Below are positions 1 to 12,016 of a DNA stretch of 64,000 nt, piece by piece. Each line of letters starts with the position of its first letter. Position 1 is the first letter of the stretch. The DNA lies in NCBI RefSeq assembly GCF_963921235.1, contig NC_086097.1:129954001-130018000 (forward strand), in the 5' to 3' direction. Both the position numbers and the translations under genes were made by a program. The notes beneath the pieces are model-generated. The model saw nothing but the letters and a program-made list of their open reading frames with translations, was not told the DNA's origin and searched no databases. The DNA comes from Mobula hypostoma. Lineage: Eukaryota.

Positions 1-1007
1 GACCACCACTAGTCACTGGCAGCCAACCAGAAAAGGATCCTTTTATTTCCACTCACTGCCTCCTATCTATTAGTCAACGCTCTAACCATACCAGTAACTT
101 TCCTGTAATACCATGGTTCTTAACCTGGTAAGCAGCCTCATGCATGGCACCGTCTGAAAGTCCAAATATACAACACCCACTGTATCCCCTTTATCTATCC
201 TACTTGAAATCTCCTCAAAGGTTCGTCAGGCAAGATTTTCCCTTAAGGAAACCATGCTGACTTTGTCCTATCTTGTTCTGGGTCACCCAGTACTCCATAA
301 CCTTATCTCTAACAATTGACTCCAACATCCGTGGTTGGACTAACTGGTCTATAATTTACTTTCTGCTGCCTTTCTTAAAGAGTGGAGTGACATTTGCAAT
401 TTTCCAGTCCTCTGGCACCATGCTCGAGTCCAATGATTTTTGAAAGATCATTATTAATGCCACCACAATTTCTACCACTACCTCCTTCAGAACCGAAGGG
501 TGTAGTTCACCTAGTACAGGTGACTTATGCACCCATAGGTCTTTCAGCTTTTTGAGCGCCTTCTCCCTTGTAATAGTAACTGCACTCACACCTCTTCCCT
601 CACACCCTTCTACATCTGGCAACCTGCTAGTGTCTTTCCCAGTGAAGACTGATGCAAAATACTCATTAAGTTTGTTGGCTATCATTTCCCTGGCTTCATT
701 TTCTAGTGGTCCTATATCCACTCCCATTTCTCTTTTATTTTTTTTTTACATACTTGAAAAATCCAATATCCACTTTGATATCATTTGCTAGCTTGCTTTC
801 AGATTTCATCTTTTTTCTCCTAATGATTCCTTTAGTTGCTCTCTGTAGGTTTATAAAAGCTTCCCAATCCTCTATCTTCCCGCAAATTTTTGCTTTGTTG
901 TATGCCCTCTCTTTGGCTTTTACATTAGCTTTAATTTCCCTTATCAGCCATGATTAAACTATTTTACCATTTGAGTATTTCTTCATTTTTGGAATACATC
1001 TATCCTG
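1..1007 (-). mobile_element. Degraded CR1 LINE ORF2 fragment (RT region and upstream linker)
   Basis: ORF 356-727 has CR1 motifs (LNEYFASVF, KSP..LHP.VLKE, PEDWKIANVTPLFKKG). It is cut at ~1007 where the duplicated block starts. Confidence 0.9.
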
Positions 1008-3960
1008 AGCAATCTTCAGACAAGTTATGAAATGCTCCTGTATCCTACCACATCCCAAAGGTATCCAGGTTGGTACATTATCTGGCCACTGTAAATTGCC
1101 TCTGATATATAAATGAGACGGAATTTGGGGCAAAATTGGGAGCAAAATAGCAGCATCAAAATGGTCCACTAAAAAGTAACTGAGCACAACTTGATATTTT
1201 AGGGGAGCAGAGATTCTAGCCTCATAAAATGAATATTTTGAAATGATGTAAAGTTTCTCACCACTTGAAAGTAACTGATCTTCAAGAACACTGCCCTACC
1301 TAGTTGATCATAAGACAATGGAGCAGAATTACGCCATTTGGTTTATCGAGTCTGTCATGGCTGAGTTATTATCTCTCTCAACCACATTCATCTGCCTTCT
1401 CCCCGTTATCTTTGATGCCCTTACAAATCAACAATCTATTAAACTCCACTTTAAATATACCTAATGACTTGGACTCCACAGCCATCTGTGGCAATGAATT
1501 CCATTGATTCTCCACCCTCTGGCTGAACAAGTTCTTCTTTATCTCGGTTCAAAAGGGAAGACTTTGTATTCTGAGACTGCGCTCTCTCATCTTAGACTCC
1601 TTCCATTTTAGGAAACATCCTCTCCACATCCACTCTATCTAAGCTTTTCACTATTTGATAGGTTTCAATGCGATCCGTGCCTCATTCTTCTAAATTTCAG
1701 CCCACAGCCATCAAATGGTCCTCTTAAATAATCCTTTTATTTCCGGGACCATAATTATGTAATTTGCATCCACTGCTTTAATTTAAAATCTGGTGCTATG
1801 CAGACACTGTCATGCTAAGAAATTGTTGCAGGGTCTCCTAAAACACACTTGCTGATTTGGTCATATATAGATTTGTTCCTGTAATTTGCAGGAAAAATCT
1901 TTCTCAGAACACCATTAGCGTTTCTCCATGCATTCATCTAGTAAGTCTTTAAAATTAATGCCATTAAAATTTCTTGTCAAAACAATTACTTCAACGACTA
2001 CTGTCCTGATGAATTGTACCATTTTGTGATCAGCTGTGGTGTTTCTTTAGATGACTATATTTCATGGGTTTAATTTTATGATCTATAAATAAAATGTACT
2101 CCTGTAATAAATCACAGTTTGCATTCATTTAACATGTATAGAATCACTGCACTTGTATAAATAAATGGATTAATAATTGGAAATTAAATCACAATGTAAT
2201 ACATGGCTTCGGTTGTATTCATATAGAAGAAGATGATTCAGAGCATTATTCTCCAGATCTAATGAAGCTTGAAGCATTTGTTTTAAGGTTATTAACAAAG
2301 GAACAAGAAGTAGTATGAGAAATCGGTGGGAATGGATGATCTATACTACGCTGAGTGAAAGGGCGGTTAGTAGCAAACTTAAAGATTCAAGGAAATGGAA
2401 AAGTATTTGATGTCCACCAGACAAAATGGTGAATTGCAGGGGAGTGGAACTTACTCAAAACTCTTTCAACGTGCACACAAACTTGCTACAATTAGATAAA
2501 TCAGAAAATTAAATCAGTTCCAGCTGCAGTAACCTAGGTCATAACTCTTCCTATCACCTATGATAATAAGAATTTGCATACAGAACCCTTAATGCAGCAA
2601 AAAATTTCTCAAGGGCCTTAAAGATAAAGACTAACACTGAGCCAGAGAAATCAAAGTTTTGACAAAGCTTGCAAAAAGATAAGGTTCTAAAGTGAACAGA
2701 AAGAAGTGGAGAGATTTAAGTAGAGAATTCTAGTAATTACAGAGGAGGCTACTGAAGGCATGCGTAGTTAACTGTAAAGTCTACCCCAAATTCATCAACT
2801 ACATAAAACTTTTGTTTGTTTTTCATGGGGGGGGGAGGAAATTGATTCCCTTAAGGAAACCATGCTGACTTTGTCCTATCTTGTCCTGTGTGACAAAGTA
2901 CTCCATAATCTCATCCTTAACAATTGACTCCAGCATATTCCCAATCACTGAGGTCAGCCTAACTGGTCTACAATTTCCTTTCTGCTGCCTTCCTCCTTTC
3001 TTAAACAGTGGAATGACACTTGGAATTTTTCCAGTCCTCTGGCACCATGCCAGAGTCCAATGATTTTTGAAAGATTGTTGCTAATGGCTCCACAATCTCT
3101 ACTGTTACCTTTTAGAATCCTAGGGTGCAGTTCATTTACCCTTAGGTCTTTCAGCTTTTTGAGCACATTTTCCCATGTAATAGTAACTGCACTCACTTCT
3201 CTTCCCTCACCCTTCAACACCTGACTGATGCAAAATACTCATTTAGTTCATCTACAATCTCCTTGGTCCCCGTTATTATTTCTCCAGCCTCATTTTCTAC
3301 TAGTCCTATATCCACTCTGATTTCTCTTTTATTTTTTTTTTTACATACTTGATAAAGCTTTTACTATCCACTTTGATATTGTTTCCTAGTTTGCTTTCAT
3401 GGTTTATCTTTTCCCTCCTAATGATATTTTATCTACTCTCTGTAGGGTTTTAAAAACTTTCCAATCTTCTATCTTCCCACTAATTTTTGCATTGTTGTAT
3501 GCCCTCATATTTCCTTTTACATTAGGTTTGACTTCCCTCCTTAGCCATGGTTGTACTATTTTGTCATTTGAGTATTTCTTTAAGTTTTTGGAATACATCT
3601 ATCCTGCACCTTCCTCACTTTTCCCAGAAACTCATGCCATTGCTGCTCTGCTGTCATCCCTGTCAGCATCACCTTCTAACTTACTTTGGCCATCTTCTCT
3701 CATACCATTGTAATTTCCTTCACTCCACCGAAATACTGCCACATCAGAATTTACTTTCTCCCTATCAAATTTCAAGTTGAAATCAATCATACTGTGATCA
3801 CTGCCTCCTAAGGGTTCTTTTACCTTAAGCTCCCTAGTCACCTTCGGTTCATTACATAACACCCAATCCATAATACCCCTTGTAGGCTCAACTACACACT
3901 GCTCTAAAAAGCCATCTAGTGGGCATTACCAAACTGATTTTCCCAATTGATCTGCACGTT
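1008..3960 (+). repeat. Segmental duplication copy A (partner ~55172-58625)
   Basis: Colinear direct similarity over non-TE sequence (e.g. caagttatgaaatgctcctgtatcc at 1021 vs ~55183) and shared deletions inside the embedded CR1. Confidence 0.93.
1308..1745 (-). mobile_element. Old CR1 3' end fragment
   Basis: Typical CR1 3' sequence (ggagcagaatta...ctgtggcaatgaattcca...caccctctggct). Also present in the duplicate at ~55470-55890. Confidence 0.8.
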
Positions 3961-4282
3961 GAAATCTTCCCTTACAATCATAACGTTGCCCTTTTGACAA
4001 GCCTTTTCTATTTCCCATTGTAATCTGTGGTCCACATCCTAGCTACTTTTGGAAGGCTTTTATACAACTGCCGTCAGTGTCCTTTTCACATGTGCAGTTT
4101 TGAAACTCAACCCACCAGGTTTCAACATTTTCTGATCCTACACCACATCTTTCTGCTCTTTTAATGTAATTCTTTACCAACAGAGCCACGACACCCCCTT
4201 TGCCTACCTTCCTATCCCTCTGATGCAACATGTAACCTCAGACATTCACTCCCAAATAGAAGCATCCTTCAGCCACGATTCA
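2846..4282 (-). mobile_element. Degraded CR1 ORF2 fragment (APE endonuclease to start of RT)
   Basis: Fragment ORFs carry DWVLCNEP, EPLGGSDH, RDRKVGKGGVVALLVK and PWLRREVK motifs. Confidence 0.9.
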
Positions 4283-4979
4283 GAGACATGATTGGCAGTG
4301 ATCAGCAATCCCACTTCATTCTGATCTCAAGTTTTTTAAGGCACCCTAATGTTGTGCTATCCTAGTCTTCGGTGGCCTTTCAGTTTCCCCAACATATATG
4401 TTTTGGCACGGTGATAGAGGTATGGAGTACGCAACTCCCTGACACCGTTCTTTAGGTCCTCTAGGTGCCACTTTGCTTAGCTTTTTTCAAATTAAGTCCT
4501 CATTTTTTGCATTAACTGGACATTATATTTTTGGCAAATTCATCTGAGCTTTTCAGTTAAGCTGACCACACATTCCTAAAGAGGGTCTGGCCTAAAAAAA
4601 ATGGACCAATCAGAACAGGGCTAATTCAATAACTAGTCAGGAACAGGCAATTCAGATCCAGCCACTCACGATCAAGCATTCAGCCCTGCCCATGTCCTGC
4701 TCAGTCAAGAGGGTATTTGAGGAGCTGTCTCGAAGGTGACTTGTCATTTGACTAACGTGCCTAAGAAGATGGTTGGGTTTACTTTTGAAACATTGCAATC
4801 AGTATCCGTAGGTATGTGACCATTAAGGCCAAAGGATAGTATGGATAGATTTGATAGCCAGTCACAACGCTTCTGTAGACTTTAACGATATAGAAACATA
4901 GAAAATAGGTGCAGGAGTAGGCCATTCGGCCCTTCGAGCCTGCACTGCCATTTATTATGATCATGGCTGATCATCCAAC

Positions 4980-7900
4980 TCAGAACCCCGCCTCAGCCTT
5001 CCCTCCATACCCCCTGACCCCTGTAGCCACAAGGGCCATATCTAACTCTCTCTTAAATATAGCCAATGAACTGGCCTCAACAGCTTCCTGTGGCAGAGAA
5101 TTCCACAGATTCACCACTCTCTGTGTGAAGAAGTTTTTCCTAATCTCGGTCCTAAAAGGCTTCCCCTCTATCCTCAAACTGTGACCCCTCATTCTGGACT
5201 TCCCCAACATCGGGAACAATCTTCCTGCATCTAGCCTGTCCAATCCCTTTAGGATCTTATACGTTTCAATCAGATCCCCCCTCAATCTTCTAAATTCCAA
5301 CGAGTACAAGCCCAATTCATCCAGTCTTTCTTCATATGAAAGTCCCGCCATCCCAGGAATCAATCTGGTGAACCTTCTTTGTACTCCCTCTATGGCAAAG
5401 ATGTCTTTCCTCAGATTAGGGGACCAAAACTGCATACAATACTCCAGGTGTGGTCTCACCAAGGCGTACAACTGCAGTAGTACGTCCCTGCTCCTGTACT
5501 CGAATCCTCTCGCTATAAATGCCAGCATACCATTCGCCTTTTTCACCGCCTGCTGTACCTGCATGCCCACTTTCAATGACTGGTGTATAATGACACCCAG
5601 GTCTCGTTGCACCTCCCCTTTTCCTAATCGGCCACCATTCAGATAATAATCTGTTTTCCTATTTTTGCCACCAAAGTGGATAACTTCACATTTATCCACA
5701 TTAAATTGCATCTGCCATGAATTTGCCCACTCACCCAACCTATCCAAGTCAGCCTGCATCCTCTTAGCATCCTCCTCAGTGCTAACACTGCCACCCAGCT
5801 TCGTGTCATCCGCAAACTTGGAGATGCTGCATTTAATTCCCTCATCCAAGTCATTAATATATATTGTAAACAACTGGGGTCCCAGCACTGAGCCTTGCGG
5901 TACCCCACTAGTCACCGCCTGCCATTCTGAAAAGGTCCCGTTTATTCCCACTCTTTGCTTCCTGTCTGCTAACCAATTCTCCACCCACACCAATACCTTA
6001 CCCCCAATACCATGTGCTTTAAGTTTGCATACTAATCTCCTGTGTGGGACCTTGTCAAAAGCCTTTTGAAAATCCAGATATACCACATCCACTGGTTCTC
6101 CCCTATCCACTCTACTGGTTACATCCTCAAAAAATTCTATGAGATTCGTCAGACATGATTTTCCCTTCACAAATCCATGCTGACTTTGTCCGATCATTTC
6201 ACTACTTTCCAAATGTGCTGTTATCACATCCTTGATAACTGACTCCAGCAGTTTCCCCACCACCGACGTTCGGCTAACCGGTCTATAATTCCCCGGTTTC
6301 TCTCTCCCTCCTTTTTTAAAAAGTGGGGTTACATTAGCCACCCTCCAATCCTCAGGAACTAGTCCAGAATCTAATGAGTTTTGAAAAATTATCACTAATG
6401 CATCCACTATTTCTGGGGCTACTTCTTTAAGCACTCTAGGATGCAGACCATCTGGCCCTGGGGATTTATCTGCCTTCAATCCCTTCAATTTACCTAACAC
6501 CACTTCCCTACTAACATGTATTTCGCTCAGTTCCTCCATCCCACTGGACCCTCTGTCCCTTACTATTTCTGGAAGATTATTTATGTCCTCCTTAGTGAAA
6601 ACAGAACCAAAGTAACTATTCAATTGGTCTGCCATGTCCTTGCTCCCCATAATCAATTCACCTGTTTCTGTCTGCAGGGGACCTACATTTGTCTTTACCA
6701 GTCTTTTCCTTTTTACATATCTATAAAAGCTTTTACAGTCCGTTTTTATGTTCCCTGCTAGTTTTCTCTCATAATCTTTTTTCCCCTTCCTAATTAAGCC
6801 TTTTGTCCTCCTCTGCTGAACTCTGAATTTCTCCCAGTCCTCAGGTGAGCCACTTTCTCTGGCTAATTTGTATGCTTCTTCTTTGGAATTGATACTATCC
6901 CTAATTTCTCTTGTCAGTCACGGGTGCACTACCTTCCTTGATTTATTCTTTTGCCAAACTGGGACGAACAATTGTTGTAGTTCATCCATGCAACCTTTAA
7001 ATGCTTGCCATTGCATATCCACCGTCAATCCTTTAAGTGTCATTTGCCAGTCTATCTTAGCTAATTCACGTCTCATACCTTCAAAGTTACCCCTCTTTAA
7101 GTTCAGAACCTTTGTTTCTGAATTAACTATGTCACTCTCCATCTTAATGAAGAATTCCACCATATTATGGTCACTCTTACCCAAGGGGCCTTTCACGACA
7201 AGATCGCTAATTAACCCTTCCTCATTGCTCAAAACCCAGTCCAGAATAGCCTGCTCTCTAGTTGGTTCCTCGACATGTTGGTTCAAAAAACCATCCCGCA
7301 TACATTCCAAGAAATCCTCTCCCTCAGCACCTTTACCAATTTGGTTCACCCAGTCTACATGTAGATTGAAGTCACCCATTATAACTGCTGTTCCTTTATT
7401 GCACACATTTCTAATTTCCTGTTTAATACCATCTCCGACCTCACTACTACTGTTAGGTGGCCTGTACACAACTCCCACCAGCGTCTTCTGCCCCTTGGCG
7501 TTACGCAGCTCTACCCATATCGATTCCACATCTTCCCGGCTTATGTCCTTCCTTTCTATTGCGTTAATCTCTTCTTTAACCAGCAACGCCACCCCACCTC
7601 CCATTCCTTCATGTCTATCCCTCCTGAATATTGAATATCCCTGAACGTTGAGCTCCCATCCCTGGTCACCCTGGAGCCATGTCTCTGTGATCCCAACTAT
7701 ATCATAATCATTAATAACAATCTGCACTTTCAATTCATCCACCTTATTACGAATGCTCCTTGCATTGACACACAAAGCCTTCAGGCGCTCTTTTACAACT
7801 CTCTTAGCCCTTATACAATTATGTTGAAAAGTGGCCCTTTTTAATGCTTGCCCTGGATTTGTCGGCCTGCCACTTTTACTCTTCTCCTTAGTACTTTTTG

Positions 7901-8009
7901 CTTCTACCCTCACTTTACACCCCTCTGTCTCTCTGTACTGGTTCCCATCCCCCTGTTGTGAACTAACCTCCTCACGCCTAGCCTCTTTAATTTGATTCCC
8001 ACCCACCAA
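4980..8009 (-). pseudogene. CR1 ORF2 (APE endonuclease + reverse transcriptase) with one internal nonsense codon
   Basis: ORFs 6918-8009 (NARS, ITETW, MGDFN, GKSDH) and 4980-6656 (YLDFQKAFD, GVPQGS, FADD) are in the same frame. The 87 codons between them are open; the only break is TGA at 6918-6920 in PW/*LT. Confidence 0.93.
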
Positions 8010-8014
8010 CTATT

Positions 8015-8950
8015 CTAGTTTAAAGTCACTTCAGTAGCCCTCGCTAATCTCCCTGCCAGGATATTGGTCCCCCTAGGATTCAAGTGTAACCCATCCTTTT
8101 TGTACAGGTCATGCCTGCGCCAAAAGAGGTCCCAATGATCCAAAAACTTGAATCCCTGCCCCCTGCTCCAATCCCTCAGCCACGCATTTATCCTCCACCT
8201 CATCGCATTCCTACTCTCACTGTCGCGTGGCACAGGCAGTAATCCCGAGATTACTACCTTTGCGGTCCTTTTTCTCAACTCCCTTCCTAGCTCCCTATAT
8301 TCTCCTTTCAGGACCTCATCCCTTTTCCTACCTATGTCATTGGTACCTATATGTACCACGACCTCTGGCTCCTCACCCTCCCACTTCAGGATATCTTGGA
8401 CACGATCAGAAATATCCCGGACCCTGGCACCAGGGAGGCAAACTACCATCCGGGTCTCTGGACTGCGTCCACAGAATCGCCTATCTGACCCCCTTACTAT
8501 CGAGTCCCCTATCACAACTGCCCTCCTCTTCCTTGCCCTACCCTTCTGAGCTACAGGGCCAGACTCTGTGCCGGAGGCACGGCCACTGTCGCTTCCCCCG
8601 GGTAAGCTGTCCCCCCCAACAGTACTCAAACAGGAGTACCTGTTGTTAAGGGGCACAGCCACCGGGGTACTCCCCATGACCTGACTTTTCCCCTTCCCCC
8701 TCCTAACCGTGACCCACTTGTCTGCCTCCCGTGGCCCCGGTGTGACCACCTGCCTTCCACTCCTCTCTATCACCTCCTCGCTCTCCCTGACCAGACGAAG
8801 GTCATCGAGCTGCAGCTCCAGTTCCGTAACGCGGTCCCTTAGGAGCTGCATCTCGATGCACTTGGTGCAGATGTAGATGTCCGGGAGGCTTGGAGACTCC
8901 AGGGCCTCCCACATCCGACACCGAGAACAGCAAACTGCCCTCTCACTCAT
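8015..8950 (-). CDS. CR1 ORF1p: N-terminal Cys zinc-finger-like/coiled-coil region + SGNH esterase domain
   Basis: CCSRC...CTKC, heptad LELQLDDL, and esterase motifs IGDS, HIGTND, DGLH. Likely start is the ATG at ~8950 (MSERAV); the open frame extends to 9052. Confidence 0.9.
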   Translation of the reverse strand: MSERAVCCSRCRMWEALESPSLPDIYICTKCIEMQLLRDRVTELELQLDDLRLVRESEEVIERSGRQVVTPGPREADKWVTVRRGKGKSQVMGSTPVAVPLNNRYSCLSTVGGDSLPGGSDSGRASGTESGPVAQKGRARKRRAVVIGDSIVRGSDRRFCGRSPETRMVVCLPGARVRDISDRVQDILKWEGEEPEVVVHIGTNDIGRKRDEVLKGEYRELGRELRKRTAKVVISGLLPVPRDSESRNAMRWRINAWLRDWSRGQGFKFLDHWDLFWRRHDLYKKDGLHLNPRGTNILAGRLARATEVTLN

Positions 8951-8959
8951 AATGCCCCT

Positions 8960-9170
8960 CTCCTCAAATAACAACAGAAAATGAATGTCAAACCTTCCTC
9001 GCCTCGCCCGCTTCGCCGAAGCCCTTAGGTCTTCACCCTGCTCCTGGCTCACTCCGCCGCCCGCAAACTACGCTGCCCGCTCTATGAGGCTTTGTTCCTT
9101 TTAAATCTGCCGCGCTGCACTGCCCGACGTCACACGCCTGTGCAGTCCCGCCTCTCAGAACGCCGTTGGA
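8960..9170 (-). promoter_or_regulatory. CR1 5' UTR / putative internal promoter
   Basis: CpG-dense in a CpG-poor background, with a CRE-like TGACGTC core at ~9126-9132, directly upstream of ORF1. Confidence 0.5.
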
Positions 9171-9404
9171 GAAAAAAAAATAACCAAAATTTCAAAATAT
9201 TTATCATCTGCTCCTATCCATGTCCTTGTCCTTGTCCAAGTGTCATTGAGAGATATGGACCAAACACAGGCAAATGGTAATCTTGATCAGCGTGGACCAG
9301 TTGGGCCAAAGGGCCTGTTTCTGCACTATATGACATTGTGGTTATATTAATTGGGAGGGAGGGGAATTGATAGGCATGCTCTTGACAATTTATTTTTAAT
9401 TTTT

Positions 9405-9682
9405 AAAAAATTTATTTGGAGATACAGTGTGGAATAGGCCCTTCCGACTCAACGAACGCCCCTTTTTAAACACTTGCCTAATCACGGGACAATTTACAAT
9501 GACCAATTAACCTACCATGCTCTTGGACTGTGGGAGGAAACCGGTGCACAAGGAGGGAACCCACACCGTCATATAGGGAGAACATATGAACTCCTTACAG
9601 ATGGCACCAGAAATTGAACTCCAAGTGCCCCAATATCCTGAGCTGTAACAGCGTTGTGATAACCACAATGCTACCATGGCCT
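9405..9682 (-). mobile_element. tRNA-derived V-SINE/HE1-like SINE
   Basis: V-domain-like core (ggactgtgggaggaaaccgg...acccac...gggagaac), tRNA-like head near 9680, CR1-like tail near 9420. Confidence 0.75.
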
Positions 9683-10269
9683 CCTGTGGTTGTATGGGAG
9701 TAGCCTCGGGGTTAAGGTCAGCTGGTTCATTCAAAGGAACAACTGGCCTCCTGTGTTATAAGAAAATATGAAAAACAAATACAAGATACCTTGGCACTCA
9801 GATACTACTGAACTGCATAGCAATGAGCGCAAGATGGAAACAGTTTTAAACAGGTGTTATAAAGACCACTCAGCATGAATTTCTAGTTTACCATTCAGTT
9901 CAAGACCTCATCAACCTGGCTGAAAATCACCTCAAGTCATCACAGATGGAGAAAGGGCCATTATAAATGAAATGTCTTTCAGTGGTTTAATTTGTTTGAG
10001 TAACATTTGAGCTATTTTTACATATTCTTATTTGCCACCTCTTTAAAAATCAGAACATATTCAAATGTCATCAAAAAAGGCTGACAGCACCGGTAGTTAT
10101 ACAGACTGATGGATTTGGACTAAAACTATCAGTGCTCTTCCTATGATTACCAAAAGGTAATTAAGAATAATTGAGGAGCTTTAATCAAATGGTCTGCAGA
10201 AGCAGAGTGGCCTCAGTAACAACTGAGAAAGGGAGAGGCTGGAACAATGCCTGTATTTAACATCAATCT

Positions 10270-11560
10270 GACCAGCTCCTTTATAGTAGGGTATTTGAAT
10301 TACTCCAACAGAGCAGAAGCTCAAGGTGTGAAAATGTATATCTGAACTGAACAAGGCATCCCAAGGCTCTTCATAGAAATATTACTAGATAACTTCTGAC
10401 CCCAAACAGACCGAATACCAGTTTGCAAGGCAGTTCTCTGCTGATGATCAGCATCACCATAGAGCCTATAAAGATTGCCCTTCTCAGACAATCTGCTGAC
10501 TCCCAGCCAACGGGAGCAGTAGGGTGTCTGCAGCTGTCCAGGAAGACCAGTGGAAGTTACATTTGTCAAGAGGTTCTCGGTTTTTTGATCACGAAGTACG
10601 AGGATTGGACTGATGAGAGTGATTGTGAGATTGAAGAAATGTGAGGCTTTCTTGGATCAGAAGCTCCATCTTTCTTCAAAGCAAAAGAGATAGCCAGCTC
10701 ACTGAGAACCAATACAGAGGTGAACTTAACAAGGAGAGACTGTCAATGTGCATAACTCTGTCCTTGATTTGACAGCTCATCACTACAACCCGCAGCAGCC
10801 TATTTGGTTCAGACTATTTGGTTCAAACTGAACTAAATAGGCTGCCGTGGGTTACATTTTGACTCTTCATATCTAGGACAAATTCAGGGCTTCAGGAACA
10901 GGCTGTATCCCTGCTGAAATTCTACCATTTGTCAATGAAGAACATCAATTAGGAATCCCTAATCTCATTGTTCACTCTGTGGTAGAGGAGGATATACCAC
11001 GGAACTTCAGAGATCCTGTTATTATGGCAACCATAGAAAAAAGGCCTGCTGGACTGTGGTAACTACAGAAGGATTTCCTATTCTGTTACAGGGAAAGTCA
11101 TTGTCAGGGTTCTCTCTGAATACCTTCTCCTATTGGTTGAAGAGCTGCTGCCTAGACTACAGCATGGATTCTGCCCATCCAGAGTTGAACATGATCTTCA
11201 CCATGTGACAACTCAGAAAAGTAGTTTAAAAAAAAATCTTTAGGGAGCAACTTTATGTGGTATTTGTTGACCCTTCATGAACTATGAAGAACTATTGAGC
11301 ACTGTCCTCAAATTCCAGGATAAATGTGTCTCAATTTTATACTTGCTCCATGATGGTCTCTGAGCCATGGATATTAATCAAAAGGTCTACAATGGGTTTT
11401 CAAAGATGTACTCAAAACCTCCCTGGAAAATCGCAACATCGCCACTAGCGCAGAATCTCTCAAAAAGCAAAGGAAGCATTTGTGATGGTATTGAGAAGTC
11501 TTTGTCAGAACGACAGAGAAGCTCAATATAAGTGGTAGAAGGCACATACAACCTTACAAA
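10270..11560 (+). mobile_element. Highly degraded RTE-clade LINE
   Basis: Remnant translations LGF..KYEDW.DE.D.EIEE, DCGNYR.IS, TGKVI.RVL, EELLP..Q.GF.P and MIFT match RTE ORF motifs. Confidence 0.7.
10787..10853. repeat. 67-bp hairpin (26-bp arms, 15-nt loop)
   Basis: aacccgcagcagcctatttggttcag / ctgaactaaataggctgccgtgggtt: 23 of 26 Watson-Crick pairs. Confidence 0.9.
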
Positions 11561-12016
11561 TTAACCGCCTACTGTGCCATCTGCAGAGCAGTGCAATCGT
11601 CCCATATCGCCTTGTCAATCACCTGAGAACCCACAATACTGGAGTGGAAGCAAGTTATCCGCGATCCTGAGAAAACGCTGAAGAAGAAAACAGCAGTGCC
11701 ATCCTTGTCAAATACAAACTCCAAGGTCTCCGGGCAAATTTCAGTGACTCCCAATGATCGTTTCCTCCTAACAACACTACCTCCCCTGGCTGAGAATAAT
11801 GACTTTGCCTAAAACCGCTATTTCCATAAGCTGAAATTTATATCCCAGCTGGACCCAACCCAAGCACTTATAAAGTTTTGGAAACCTGATCTGAACCAAA
11901 CCTAACAAAGATGGTCTAATTCTACTGGTCTTGAGTCAGGAGGCCAAGTTTTTCCACCATACAGCCCTCATACTGTCTGAAAATCACATTTAAAAGTACT
12001 AACATGTTAAACAAGG

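Larger units (their letters stand above)
4890..9170 (-). mobile_element. Near-intact full-length CR1 LINE (CpG-rich 5' UTR, ORF1, ORF2, short 3' UTR with TTTCTATG-type tail)
   Basis: Two long ORFs with CR1 domains. The 3' end reads ...ctcctgcacctattttctatgtttctat on the minus strand. No clear TSD found. Confidence 0.96.

Noticed and set aside
1008..3960. Duplication as an assembly artefact (haplotig)
   Set aside because: The copies differ by many substitutions, indels and an LTR insertion, which is too diverged for alleles.
6918..8012. APOBEC-type editing as the cause of the two apparent TGG-to-stop changes
   Set aside because: Only two events and no consensus available to show a G>A excess.
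5368..8649. Long plus-strand ORFs (5665-6069, 6868-7644, 8148-8549, 8227-8649)
   Set aside because: Antisense shadows of CR1 coding sequence with no recognisable motifs.
4860..9240. TSD for the full-length CR1
   Set aside because: No matching direct repeat found at the flanks; the exact 5' end is uncertain.
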